The notes: generated from the letters alone by a model not told the origin. A stretch of 32,000 bases of DNA from Pyrodictium abyssi (GCF_036323395.1 NZ_AP028907.1:570001-602000), one strand, 5' to 3'. Counted from the first letter of the stretch, positions 8,467 to 17,365 are shown. A program made the numbers and translations.

Positions 8467-9071
8467 GCCGCAGCACCCCGCAGCACTGGCGCCCTGCTCC
8501 CGCAGGCCCCGTGCCTACCCGGGCTGTGGCTCGGGCCCGGCACTACTAGATGGCCCTGGGTGTGCTTATGCTGGTTTCCCCCAGGGGCTTCCCGGCCTCC
8601 CTGGCTAGGCTCTCTATGAGCTGTACTACCCTGCTCCGCCGCGTTGGTCGCTGGGCACGCGTTGACGCAGGCGCGGCGCCCCGTGCACTTCTCGGGGTCA
8701 GTGACGGCTGGGCCCTGGACAGCGTCCTCAGGGCAGCTGCTGGCGCAGAGCATGCACTGCTCCCCGGCGCAGGCCGAGGCCATGAGGAGTATTGATGCCG
8801 CGAGCCTGGCGAGCCGCCGCCTAGGCCTGAGCGGCACCCCGGCTGGTGCCCCTACGCGGCCGCTGCGGGTGACCCGGGCCCAGGCCCCGCCGTCCCGGAG
8901 CGTCGCGGCCTCCTCGTCGACGCTGTGGGCTAGGCCGGCGGCCTTGGCTAGGCCCGGTATCCTGTCCCAGTCCGGGCTGCCGGGGAGGCCTGGGGAGGCG
9001 ACTAGCAGCTCCCCCTCGCGGCTGTACTCCCGCGCGGCAGCGGCGCCCCATGTGTTGAGCCTCTCCAGCAC
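8454..9071 (-). CDS. ferredoxin-like Cys-motif protein, possibly frameshifted near its 3' end
   Basis: CAGEQCMLCASSCP and CTGRRACVNACP resemble 4Fe-4S CP motifs. The last ~55 codons are low complexity. An alternative frame from about 8620 reads VVQLIESLAREAGKPLGETSISTPRAI with a stop at 8546-8548. Confidence 0.4.
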   Translation of the reverse strand: MLERLNTWGAAAAREYSREGELLVASPGLPGSPDWDRIPGLAKAAGLAHSVDEEAATLRDGGAWARVTRSGRVGAPAGVPLRPRRRLARLAASILLMASACAGEQCMLCASSCPEDAVQGPAVTDPEKCTGRRACVNACPATNAAEQGSTAHREPSQGGREAPGGNQHKHTQGHLVVPGPSHSPGRHGACGSRAPVLRGAAAWRV

Positions 9072-9168
9072 CCCGTCCGGGTCTAGGCCAGCCTGGCTGG
9101 CTAGCCCCAGCGCATGGATAAGGCTGCCAGTATGGCCCCCGGCTCCTCTAAAGCCCGGAGGCCGCTAC

Positions 9169-9870
9169 ATGGCCGCCCCCGGGGCCTCCGCTGTTATGCT
9201 GCCCGTAGCCGCTGTAGCGGCCGCGCTCCTCGAGGCCAGCGAGGGCTGCGTCAACGCCGAGGAGCTGGCTGGGAGGCTGTTCCTCCGCCCAGGGCTGGTA
9301 CGGGCCGCGCTCGAGAGGCTCGCCGAGGCTGGGGGCCTAGAGCTCAGCGGCGACAGAGCGTGCATAGCCGACCGCGTGGAGCTCGCCCTCGCGGCTGTAC
9401 GGCTCGGGGTCCCGGAGACAGCTGTGGCCCGGGGCCTCGACTGGAGGATGTTCGAGGAGTACGCGGCCCGGGCCCTCCGGGAGGCGGGGTTCGAGGCCCG
9501 CCGGGGGCTCCGGCTCCACGGCCGCGGCGGCCTAGAGCTAGACGTGCTGGGGCTCGACCCCGCCGGGGGCCTCGCGGTGGCCATCGACTGTAAGCACTGG
9601 AGTCCCAGGGTCTCTACGCCCTCCCGGCTTCGCGCAGCCGCGGCCCGGCACCGGGCCAGGGTGGAGAGGCTCGCAGCCAGCTGGCGGCGGCTAGGCCTCC
9701 CCCAGGGCAGGTGGAGGATAGTGCCTGCGCTCCTCGTGCTAAGGGAGAGCGTCCCCAGGCTAGCCGAGGGCGTAGCAGTGGTGCCCGCTTCGCGGCTCCG
9801 CGGCTTCATAGAGGAGCTGCCCGTGCTAGCCGAGGAGCCCGCCATACACGTAGTGAGGCTCGAAGCGTGA
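9169..9870 (+). CDS. winged-helix plus Mrr-cat/PD-(D/E)xK restriction-endonuclease-like protein
   Basis: The ATG is at 9169. LRPGLVRAALERLAEAGGLEL looks wHTH-like. FEEYAARALREAGF..LELDVLG..VAIDCKHW matches the nuclease core. The upstream part of the ORF (8644-9168) is Ser/Pro/Ala-rich antisense-type sequence. Confidence 0.75.
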   Translation: MAAPGASAVMLPVAAVAAALLEASEGCVNAEELAGRLFLRPGLVRAALERLAEAGGLELSGDRACIADRVELALAAVRLGVPETAVARGLDWRMFEEYAARALREAGFEARRGLRLHGRGGLELDVLGLDPAGGLAVAIDCKHWSPRVSTPSRLRAAAARHRARVERLAASWRRLGLPQGRWRIVPALLVLRESVPRLAEGVAVVPASRLRGFIEELPVLAEEPAIHVVRLEA

Positions 9871-9886
9871 GGCTCACTGGGGGCGG

Positions 9887-10333
9887 TCACGGCACTGTCT
9901 CGACTCCTAGCCTTCTCGCGAGCTTTCCCAGCTTCTCGTCGAATGTGGCGAGCACCGCGTCGTGGTACATCGCTGTGGAGAGTACTATGTAGTCGTTGAC
10001 CTCGCGCGGGCTTGCACTGTGCTCCTCTAGCAGTCTTAGAGCCTGGTATAGCACGGTAGGGGGCTCTGCCGGGTACCTGGCCCGGGGGTCTCCGAGGTAC
10101 TCCTGGAGCTTCTGTGCCACGAAGCCCGGCGGTACTCCGAGCTTCCTCACCATGACCCAGATATACTCGTGGAGCACTATAGACGGGAGTATAATCTCGC
10201 CAGCGGAGTCTATTATGTCCACAGCTTCTCCGTGGTGAGGGCTATCCTCGACTGTCTCGTAGACAAGTACGTTCGTGTCAGGGAGAAGTGGCTTCGTCGA
10301 GGAGCTCCTCGATGGCCTCCTCGATCTCCTCAA
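9887..10333 (-). CDS. vapC: PIN-domain toxin VapC
   Basis: The product contains LLPDTNVLVYE and ATFDEKL acidic PIN residues. TTG 10333 is the only start candidate in frame and overlaps vapB by 56 nt, so the exact start is uncertain. Confidence 0.85.
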   Translation of the reverse strand: MRRSRRPSRSSSTKPLLPDTNVLVYETVEDSPHHGEAVDIIDSAGEIILPSIVLHEYIWVMVRKLGVPPGFVAQKLQEYLGDPRARYPAEPPTVLYQALRLLEEHSASPREVNDYIVLSTAMYHDAVLATFDEKLGKLARRLGVETVP

Positions 10334-10538
10334 CTGTTATCCTCCTCCCGAGCCTTATCGTGAGCCTCTTACGCCTTATCGGGATGATCTTGATCACACC
10401 CTCATCTTCGTCGTAGAGCACCTCAACTAGGTCACCCTCCCTTATATTGGCCTTAGCCCTTACGGCAGCTGGTATGGTCACCTGGTAGTTCCGTGTAACC
10501 TTAACCACTTCACCCAAGCTATCCCTAGTAGTGGTCAT
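10278..10538 (-). CDS. vapB: AbrB/SpoVT-type antitoxin VapB
   Basis: The ATG is at 10538. VKVTRNYQVTIPAAVRAKANIREGDLVEV is a swapped-hairpin AbrB-like motif. The gene lies immediately upstream of the PIN gene. Confidence 0.88.
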   Translation of the reverse strand: MTTTRDSLGEVVKVTRNYQVTIPAAVRAKANIREGDLVEVLYDEDEGVIKIIPIRRKRLTIRLGRRITVEEIEEAIEELLDEATSP

Positions 10539-10542
10539 AACT

Positions 10543-10569
10543 CTACTAGTAGATAAGAGTTTCTACTAG
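10543..10569. promoter_or_regulatory. palindromic candidate operator in the vapBC promoter
   Basis: A perfect 12-bp palindrome TCTACTAGTAGA (10543-10554) starts 5 nt upstream of the vapB ATG. TCTACTAG recurs at 10562-10569, and CTAGTAG lies just inside the coding start. Confidence 0.4.
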
Positions 10570-10618
10570 GAGCCAAGGCGTGCACTAGGCTGTAACAAGC
10601 TTTGAACACCTAACACTT

Positions 10619-11677
10619 ATGGCGCCCATTCAAGGGGTCCTAGGAGGGGATCCGGGTCTGCCGGCTGAGGTTCTCGGGTGTAGGGTCTACCTGAACCGGC
10701 TAGCCGGGCCGGAGCCCCTGCTGGTTGCAGACTGCACTGTGGCCGGCACGGTGGCCTCTAGGGACGAGGCCCGTGCTGGGCTAGAGAGCCTCCTCCGGCT
10801 CCTAGGCGAGGTGCTCGGCCCGGGCGGGCTCGAGCCCGTGGACTATGGCGTGGAGCCGCTCGCGCGCCGGAGGTTCACTGTGCATAGTAGCCGGCTGCGG
10901 GGCGGCGGCGAGGCCCGGCTCGTGGAGGCCCGGGGCACAGCGCTAGCGGCCGCAGCAGTGCTCCCCGCGGGCACGGTGGCCCGGGTGGACCCCGGCGCCA
11001 GGGAGAGGCTCGAGAGGGGCGAGGCCATTAGGCTGGGCGAGGCCCTAGAGCCGCCCGTCTACCTCCCCGGGCCCGTGCTCGAGCCCGGCGACGGCAGGCC
11101 GGCCGGCCAGAAGGCTATACCGCGCTTCGTCACCTACGCCGCCGAGGGGCTCCCCGGGGCCACGCCCAGCACCCCGGCTATACGGGTCTACACGCCCCAG
11201 GGCACGTACGTCGTGGACCAGGAGGCCCTCCTGGAGGCGGCTGGGTGGCTTGTGCTAGACATGCACTGCGTCACGGGCTGGAGCGTCGAGGGGAAGCGCT
11301 GGCTCGCTGCCCCGCTACGCGAGGTCCTCCGCCGCGCTGGCGCCCCGGTGCCCAGCGGGGGCTGGCTGCTGGCCCGCAGCGCCGGGGGCTACTCCTCCGT
11401 CGCTCCGCTCGGGGAGGCCCTCGAGCACGGCTACATAGCCGTGGGCCTGGAGGGCGGGCCGCTCAGCCAGGACCGCGGCGCGCCGGCGAGGCTGCTGCTC
11501 CCCAGGCTCTATGGCTGGAAGCACGCCAAGTGGCTCGCCGAGATACACATCCTCACAGGCTACGTCGACGGCTACTGGGAGGCAAGGGGCTACCACGAGC
11601 GCGGCCTCGTAGCCCTAGAGGAGCGGTTCAAGATCCGCAACCCAGAGCTCCTGGAGGCGGCCGCGCGGCAGGCGTGA
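10619..11677 (+). CDS. sulfite-oxidase-family (YedY/MsrP-like) molybdopterin-binding oxidoreductase with an unassigned ~190-aa N-terminal region
   Basis: The C-terminal half carries LDMHCVTGWS, GGYSSVAPL, GGPLSQDRGAPARLLLPRLYGWKHAKWL and YWEARGYHERG. Confidence 0.82.
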   Translation: MAPIQGVLGGDPGLPAEVLGCRVYLNRLAGPEPLLVADCTVAGTVASRDEARAGLESLLRLLGEVLGPGGLEPVDYGVEPLARRRFTVHSSRLRGGGEARLVEARGTALAAAAVLPAGTVARVDPGARERLERGEAIRLGEALEPPVYLPGPVLEPGDGRPAGQKAIPRFVTYAAEGLPGATPSTPAIRVYTPQGTYVVDQEALLEAAGWLVLDMHCVTGWSVEGKRWLAAPLREVLRRAGAPVPSGGWLLARSAGGYSSVAPLGEALEHGYIAVGLEGGPLSQDRGAPARLLLPRLYGWKHAKWLAEIHILTGYVDGYWEARGYHERGLVALEERFKIRNPELLEAAARQA

Positions 11678-11780
11678 GAGGGCCCCGGAGGGTAGATAGG
11701 AGGGCACGCGTAGCCACGCTCCTAGTCCGGATAGAGGGGGCGCAGCAGAGGCTCAGCCGAGCAGGGGGTGCCGGCAGACA

Positions 11781-12218
11781 TTGGCGCGCGTGAGGGTTGA
11801 GGCGGAGGCGCGGCCCACCGAGGACGTGGAGAAGGTCAAGCGCGCTATACTCAATGTGTTTGCGCCGGACCGGCTCTGGGTCGAGGACCTGGGCCGCGGC
11901 TACCGGCTCGTGGTAGCCGAGTCGTATAGCCTGCGGGGGCTGCTGCGGCTCCACGAGAGGCTGCGCCGCGAGCGGATACTCGACGCTGCGCGGGGCTACA
12001 TGCTCCGCGGGATAGACCGGGGCGTCCTGGTGTTCCGGCTGAACAAGCAGGCCGCCTACGTTGGCCGCGTAAGCCTCGTGGACATGGACGCTGAGGCGGC
12101 CCTGGGCCCGATAACCTTCATCGTGGAGCACCGGGACCCGAGGGCGGTCGTAGACTGGCTAGCGCCCCCGACCCGTATGGGCCGGCCGCTTTACGAGAAC
12201 CCCATGCCCGAGGACTAG
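11781..12218 (+). CDS. UPF0201 (COG1931)-type predicted RNA-binding protein
   Basis: The start VRVEAEARPTEDVEKVKRAILNVF is typical of this archaeal family. The start codon is either TTG 11781 or GTG 11790. The antisense ORF 11628..12131 looks non-coding. Confidence 0.7.
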   Translation: MARVRVEAEARPTEDVEKVKRAILNVFAPDRLWVEDLGRGYRLVVAESYSLRGLLRLHERLRRERILDAARGYMLRGIDRGVLVFRLNKQAAYVGRVSLVDMDAEAALGPITFIVEHRDPRAVVDWLAPPTRMGRPLYENPMPED

Positions 12219-12307
12219 GGCTGGGCAAGCCCCCAGGCTGCAGCCCGGCTGCTTCTACGCCCCAGCGGCCCCGGCGGGGCTGGAAGCCTATTTACATGTT
12301 GTAGAAA

Positions 12308-12529
12308 GTGGATGCCGTCGGGGAGACCGTGTCTAGGGTTATACGTGCCCGCTACGAGAAGGGCGTGCTGAAGCCCCTAGAAGAGCTGGGGCTCGAGGAA
12401 GGCGAGGAGGTTGAGATCGTTATAAGGAGGAGAGCCTACGCTAAGAAGCTCCTAGGCAAGTACAGGGTTGAGGGGCTCCCTTCGGACAAGCATCTACTGC
12501 TAGACGAGGTCTACGGCGGTGAAGCCTAG
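12308..12529 (+). CDS. DUF104 (AF2212-like) antitoxin
   Basis: VIRARYEKGVLKPLEELGLEEGEEVEIVI is the family signature. The stop overlaps the start of the downstream PIN gene. Confidence 0.8.
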   Translation: MDAVGETVSRVIRARYEKGVLKPLEELGLEEGEEVEIVIRRRAYAKKLLGKYRVEGLPSDKHLLLDEVYGGEA

Positions 12530-12975
12530 AGCGTGCCTCGATACAACTATTCTCGTGGACTACCTCGTTAACGGTGTTGACAACATATCAAGGTACGCTA
12601 CCGTGTATAGGCTCGTGGTCCCCTCGTCCGTGCTATGGGAGACCACCTATATCCTCCTCAAGGCCAAGGCTATGCGGGACACGGGGATCCGTAGACACCT
12701 TCGAGGTCATCAGGTACCTACGGGGAAACCCCGGCTTACGTGAAGAACGCTACTAGGGAGATACACGGAGATATCCACGCCCTCCTCGGGTCCTACGGTG
12801 TCCGCGTCCTGGGAGTCCCGCGTTACGGGGAGATGGTGGAGGAGATGGAGAGGTACGGGCTACTGCCCAGCGATGCTCTCGTCGTGCTACCTGTAGGAGG
12901 CACGGCGTAAATATACTCATAACCAGGGATGAGGACTTCAAGAGGGTGGATTTCCTCCGCGTGATTATACCCTAG
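12519..12975 (+). pseudogene. PIN-domain VapC toxin disrupted by at least three frameshifts
   Basis: Frame 1 reads MKPRACLDTTILVDYL..SSVLWETTYILLKAKAMRD. Frame 2 reads VDTFEVIRYLRGNPG. Frame 3 reads VKNATREIHGDIHALLGSYGVRVLGVPRYGEMVEEMERYGLLPSDALVV. A further shift gives ATCRRHGVNILITRDEDFKRVDFLRVIIP, with a stop at 12973-12975. Confidence 0.8.
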
Positions 12976-13105
12976 CTCTACGCCAGTAGCCACGGCTGTA
13001 CCGCGTCTCCGGTGCTGCCGCCCTGTAGCTGCTGTGCGTATGTACTTCCCACGTCCATTCGGAGACCCGGGGCTGGCTAGGAGGGTGTGCGGGGAAAGAG
13101 CCCTG

Positions 13106-13852
13106 CTAGAGGCCTAGCTGCTCTAGGAGCTTCCTGGCTATCTGCTCTGTGTCCCTGGCCATCTCGGTGGCTAGGAGCTTCTCGGGGCTGCCTAGGGCGT
13201 CTTCTACGCCTGGGTCGTAGCGTATGCGGCCTAGGTAGCGGGCCTTGTACCGCTCGGCGAGCTCCTCGAGGCTGCCTGGGCCTGTGGCCATGTTCTCTAC
13301 GAGGTAGCGGTCTACGCCCTGCTCTTCTAGGATGGCTAGTAGCCGTTCAACGCCTACGCGGGCTAGCCGGGAGGGGGTGGCGACGGCTAGGACTCTGGGC
13401 CCGGGGAGGTACTCGAGTGTGTCGAGGGCCTCGTCGCGGAGCCCCGGCGGGGTGTCCACGACGAGGAGGTCTAGCTCGCCCCAGTTGGTGACCGCTAGCA
13501 CCTCCCGGATCGCGTCGTCTACGGCGTGGCCGCGGAGCGGGGTCGGCTTATCCCAGGTGTAGAACGCTACGGTCATGAACCTGACGCCCGCCACCTCTGG
13601 GGGTACTACGCCGTCCCTCTCCTCGGGCTGGAGCCTCCTCGGGTCGACGCCGAGGGCTATGTGGGCGGAGGGGCTGGTGACGTCGAGGTCTAGGAGGCCT
13701 ACCCGGCGGCCCATCCGGGCCGCGTGGAGCGCGGTCAGCACCGCTACCAGGGTCTTGCCGACGCCGCCCTTAGCGCTCATAACCGGGACTACCGCCTTCA
13801 CCCTGGAGAGCATCAGCCTGGCCCCGGCCAGCCGGGGGTCGATGGAGCCCAT
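13106..13852 (-). CDS. Mrp/MinD-family P-loop ATPase, likely ATPase-type HypB (Ni-insertion partner of HypA)
   Basis: The ATG is at 13852 (MGSIDPRL). The product has the deviant Walker A SAKGGVGKT, plus LLDLDVTSPS and LLVVDTPPG. It starts 18 nt downstream of hypA. The longer ORF to 14290 overlaps hypA with Arg/Pro-rich sequence. Confidence 0.86.
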   Translation of the reverse strand: MGSIDPRLAGARLMLSRVKAVVPVMSAKGGVGKTLVAVLTALHAARMGRRVGLLDLDVTSPSAHIALGVDPRRLQPEERDGVVPPEVAGVRFMTVAFYTWDKPTPLRGHAVDDAIREVLAVTNWGELDLLVVDTPPGLRDEALDTLEYLPGPRVLAVATPSRLARVGVERLLAILEEQGVDRYLVENMATGPGSLEELAERYKARYLGRIRYDPGVEDALGSPEKLLATEMARDTEQIARKLLEQLGL

Positions 13853-13869
13853 ACGCTCCACGCCCGGCG

Positions 13870-14277
13870 TCACCCCGCGGTCTCCTCCGAGCGCTTGACG
13901 GCTAGGGCTAGGCGGACGCCGCGGCCACTGGTTATCTCGTAGTCGCGGCTCCCGCAGAACGGGCAGCGGACGAAGCTGTAGACCGCCTCGGGGACGAAGT
14001 GTATGGCCTCGCGCGTGGCCTCGTCGAGCTCCACGGCGTCTAGGCCCCACTCGCGGCCGCAGACGCGGCAGCGGAACCGGGCGGGCTCTGTCTCGTAGCG
14101 CACCCGGGCCCCGGGCGCGATCTGGGGCAGAGCCTCGCCCAGGTAGGTCTCGACAACCCCCCGGTCGACGTTCTGGAGCTCGCCGAGGTAGACGACTATC
14201 TCCTCCAGCTCGTAGCCCCTCTTGACGGCCTCCTCGACCTCGGCTATAATGGCGCGTATGAGGGCCCACTCGTGCAA
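13870..14277 (-). CDS. hypA: hydrogenase nickel-incorporation protein HypA
   Basis: The start is TTG 14277. The N-terminus is MHEWALIRAII. The zinc motif is CRVCG..CPFCGS, and the length is 135 aa. Confidence 0.9.
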   Translation of the reverse strand: MHEWALIRAIIAEVEEAVKRGYELEEIVVYLGELQNVDRGVVETYLGEALPQIAPGARVRYETEPARFRCRVCGREWGLDAVELDEATREAIHFVPEAVYSFVRCPFCGSRDYEITSGRGVRLALAVKRSEETAG

Positions 14278-14330
14278 GAACCCGGCACACCCAGGGAGGA
14301 CGGGAGGTGCACCAAGAGGGGTTGAAGAGC

Positions 14331-14765
14331 CTAGCCCCCGTCGCTACACCTGCTAGCTACGCGCAGGATGCGGAGCGCCAGCAGCGCCGCGTTCTCCGCC
14401 GCGCCTATACCCACCCCGGCCACCGGCACGCCGCGCGGCATCTGGACTATCGAGAGCAGCGCGTCCACGCCCCGCAGCGGCCCTGCCGGCACCGGCACGC
14501 CTATGACCGGCTTAGCGGTCCGGGACGCTATGTAGCCGGGCAGCGCCGCCGAGAGCCCCGCCATGGCTATGTACACGTCTATCCCCTCGTCGTTCTCCCT
14601 AATGTAGCGGTCCAGCGCCTCCGGGTCCCGGTGCGCGCTAAGCACCCGCACCTCCGTCTCCACCCCAGCCTCCCTGAGCACCCTCTCCGCCCGCTCAGCA
14701 TACTCCATGTCGCTCCGGCTCCCGATGATGATGGCCACCCGGCCACGGCACGCAGAGCCGGACAC
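14331..14765 (-). CDS. purE: PurE (N5-CAIR mutase / AIR carboxylase family)
   Basis: The product carries [42 protein letters not shown] and [13 protein letters not shown]. Confidence 0.9.
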   Translation of the reverse strand: MSGSACRGRVAIIIGSRSDMEYAERAERVLREAGVETEVRVLSAHRDPEALDRYIRENDEGIDVYIAMAGLSAALPGYIASRTAKPVIGVPVPAGPLRGVDALLSIVQMPRGVPVAGVGIGAAENAALLALRILRVASRCSDGG

Positions 14766-14991
14766 AGCCCGTCTACACCCCCACGTACACGCCTCCCCTG
14801 GGGCCCACTTGGGGCGGGCCCAGGGCCTCTACGCGGCCAAGTGCCAAGCCAGAGGGCTATAAAAGGCCTGGGGACAGCCCGGGGTGCACGGCTACGCGGG
14901 GATAGCTCTGCGAGGCGCCCGGGACCCCGGAGCTAAACGTTATCCCCGGGCTCAGCGAGACAGCCTTGCATGGTTCGTATGGGCGGTAGCT

Positions 14992-15272
14992 GTGGCAAAG
15001 AAGCGAGGCGCTCTAGCCATAGTTATCCCGGAGGACATTGTGGCTGCTGCAAAGGCCCCCGGGCAGGAGTTCGAGCGCGTAGCCAGGATAGAGCTTGCAG
15101 TGGCGCTGTACGCTCACGGGATACCCGGCCTCGGCCAGGCTCGGAGGCTCGCAGGACTGTCGAAGCGGGCTTCCTCGAGGAGCTAGCCCGGAGAGGCATA
15201 GAGAGGCACTATACCGAGGAGGAGCTAGAGGATGACCTCCAGTTCGCCGAGGCGCAGGCTAGTAGTGTCTAA
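14992..15272 (+). pseudogene. UPF0175-family antitoxin-like gene with one frameshift
   Basis: Frame A reads (GTG 14992) AKKRGALAIVIPEDIV..ELAVALYAHGIPGLGQARRLAGLSKR. Frame B continues AGFLEELARRGIERHYTEEELEDDLQFAE. The junction is near 15165. Confidence 0.7.
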
Positions 15273-15354
15273 CAGTAGTCCTCTCATCCGCTTAGTCTCA
15301 TTCACTAGGCCTAGCTGGCTCTGCCGCGCTGTACGCGGCCGCGGATTCTCCTAG
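15265..15354 (+). pseudogene. possible N-terminal stub of a DUF3368-type PIN-like toxin (usual UPF0175 partner)
   Basis: The stub reads VSNSSPLIRL, like the family's SPLI start, and is then unrelated sequence. It is overlapped by the convergent membrane-protein gene. The evidence is thin. Confidence 0.25.
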
Positions 15355-15886
15355 CCCCGAGCACGGCGAGCACAGTGCCTACGAGCCACACTGCTTCGCC
15401 CGGCAGTCCGCCCCACGGGAGGAACCCGAGCGGTAGCCCAGCGAGCTGGAGAGCTACACCAGCCCGGACCATGCGGCCGCAGGGCTCGCTTCCCAGCCTC
15501 CAGAGACCCACAGCTACTAGCATCGTGCCCACAAACCCTGCCACAATGCCGGCAAAGGCTAGCGCCATAGCCGCGAACACGAGCATGCTGGCGTAGCCGC
15601 CGAGGGACGACGCGCAGCCAGCAGAGGCTGCACGGCCAGCAGCCAAGGCGAGCCCCGCAATAGCTAGCGCCATCAGGGCTAGGCTAGCAGCTTCGAGCCT
15701 GGCGCCGGTCAGGCCTACGCCGTAGCCCGGCCGGTAGAGCCTCAGCAAGCCAAACCCCTTCCAGAGAAGGTAGACCGGCAGGGAGTAGACCGCGAGATGC
15801 GCGAAGACCGCGATAAAGACCCCCACAGGCGGCGGGCCCTCAGCAGCCCGGGGAGCCCTATCCAGCACCGCTACAGGATAGTCCAC
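15311..15886 (-). CDS. polytopic membrane protein, unknown function
   Basis: The start is GTG 15886. The 191-aa product has about 5-6 hydrophobic Ala/Leu/Gly-rich segments. Confidence 0.6.
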   Translation of the reverse strand: MDYPVAVLDRAPRAAEGPPPVGVFIAVFAHLAVYSLPVYLLWKGFGLLRLYRPGYGVGLTGARLEAASLALMALAIAGLALAAGRAASAGCASSLGGYASMLVFAAMALAFAGIVAGFVGTMLVAVGLWRLGSEPCGRMVRAGVALQLAGLPLGFLPWGGLPGEAVWLVGTVLAVLGARRIRGRVQRGRAS

Positions 15887-15972
15887 GAAGACAATAGCTC
15901 TATTACGAACATCTTGTAGAACGCCCTGTCATCCTCGCCCGGCACGACTATAAGAACGCGCTTCACCGTCAT
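15871..15972 (-). pseudogene. 33-codon stub resembling the N-terminus of a Toprim-like partner protein
   Basis: ATG 15972 follows GGAGG. MTVKRVLIVVPGEDDRAFY parallels MARLRILVEGCLDAAL of 17579..18253. The stub ends inside the start of the membrane-protein gene. Confidence 0.3.
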
Positions 15973-15992
15973 TGCGGGCGTTCCTCCCGCCC

Positions 15993-17365
15993 CTAGGCTC
16001 TGCGGAGGTCTAGGGCCGGCTCTTCCACCATGCCTAGCGCGTCCTCGCCCTCCCAGGAGCCCTTCACCGTGACCCTGCCGCGTACGAGCTGGAGGTGCTT
16101 GACCACAGTTCCCCCAGTACCCCGGCCTCCCTTGCCGCGTGGAGGAGGGCCTTCAGCATCTCTATGCTCTGCGTTGCTACGAGCACCTGGTTCCCCCTCA
16201 GCCACTATGCTGGCTACGAGCCCCGCAACAGCCTCGAGGCCGTCAGGGTGCACAAAGGCCTCCGGAGTATCCACCAGGGCCAGGGAGCCACGCGGCGAAG
16301 CAGCATAGAGGAGTCCCAGGAGCACAGCAGCACGCTGCCCATCACTCAGCCGGTAGACGCTTATCCTCCTGCCACAGGTGCTCCTCGCGTGCAGCTCGCG
16401 GCCAATTAGCTCAAAGCCACTAAACCGGGGTATGAAGGCCCGCAGGAGCCGCACTGCGTCCCGCTCCCTGGGCAGCCCGCGCTGCTTGACACTGTCGTAG
16501 TAGAGGGACTCGAACATGAACGGGCGATACGCGAAACCCGGGTGAAACACAAGGATACTCTTCCTTGTATCTAATGGTGTACTCCTCTCGAAGCGACGGC
16601 TTGCCGCCATAGAGTGTATAAGCCAAGTACAGATTGCCCTTATAGAGTCGAATGTATGAGGGAAGTGCCCCTCTAGCACCAAAACGGGGAGACGTTGAAA
16701 GCTCGTATTCCTCTCCTAGCACGTCATGTAGCATATGCAGCAGGTCGCTCAACCTGATCCTTATACTCAGAGAACCATATGGAAACTCATTCATTATTTC
16801 TTCTATGCCTTGATAGAATGACTCAATCACACGAAGCGTATCCTTCAATGTTAAGCTATAGGCTTCCGAATCGACTATTCTTCCAACAATATGGGGTCTT
16901 ATACGCGTAAACATATGATCCAGCGACAGAGGGTCGGCAGCCTTAACCAGTATCGCTTACACGTTCTATGCCATAATCTTCGCCATTCCCGCTCTCTTCT
17001 GATTCTCTAACGAGACCGGCTAAGAACGATGGAATCGCAGTCTGTTGCCTCATAGTCCTTATCATTGCAAGCGCCGGTGCTATGCTCTCCCCATGCCCTG
17101 TCAGTGCAACGGTATAGCCTAGAGCCTCTAGAAGCGACGTCTTACCAGACGCATTGCGGCCCACTATGATGGTGAAGCGCTGGAGACCGTTGACATCTAC
17201 CTCTAGGCCCTCCAGCTCGCCTTCGCTAATGTACGGTAGATATGCCTTAACCTCTTCTATATGTGTCACAGCCACCTCTACCCCAAAGACACGACTATAC
17301 CGAGAAGCACAATAAATGGTCCTATGCCGAGAAAAGCCGGTACCTCGGTTAGGCTCTATCCGCAT
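15993..17365 (-). pseudogene. ABC/AAA_21-like ATPase, a paralogue of 18276..19394, broken by at least four frameshifts
   Basis: The Walker A is GRNASGKTSLLEAL (ORF 16943..17365). The middle part lies in ORF 16420..16914. LSDGQR and LALVDTPEAFVHPD lie in ORF 15993..16682. NQVLVATQSIEMLKALLHAAREAG lies in a third frame. The junctions are near 16950, 16548, 16195 and 16100. GC content is lower than in the neighbouring genes. Confidence 0.75.

Noticed and set aside
8644-9168. Upstream 175 codons of the 408-codon ORF 8644..9870, plus the antisense ORF 9165..9890
   Set aside because: The composition is Ser/Pro/Ala/Arg-rich. The recognisable wHTH + nuclease protein starts at ATG 9169, and the opposite strand of 8454..9071 carries the Cys motifs.
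11245-12131. ORFs 11245..11793 (+), 11315..11596 (-) and 11628..12131 (-)
   Set aside because: These are off-frame or antisense shadows of the SUOX-like and UPF0201 genes, with Arg/Pro-rich translations.
13853-14290. N-terminal 146 codons of ORF 13106..14290
   Set aside because: This part overlaps hypA in another frame and is Arg/Pro/Gly-rich. The ATPase clearly starts at MGSIDPRL (ATG 13852).
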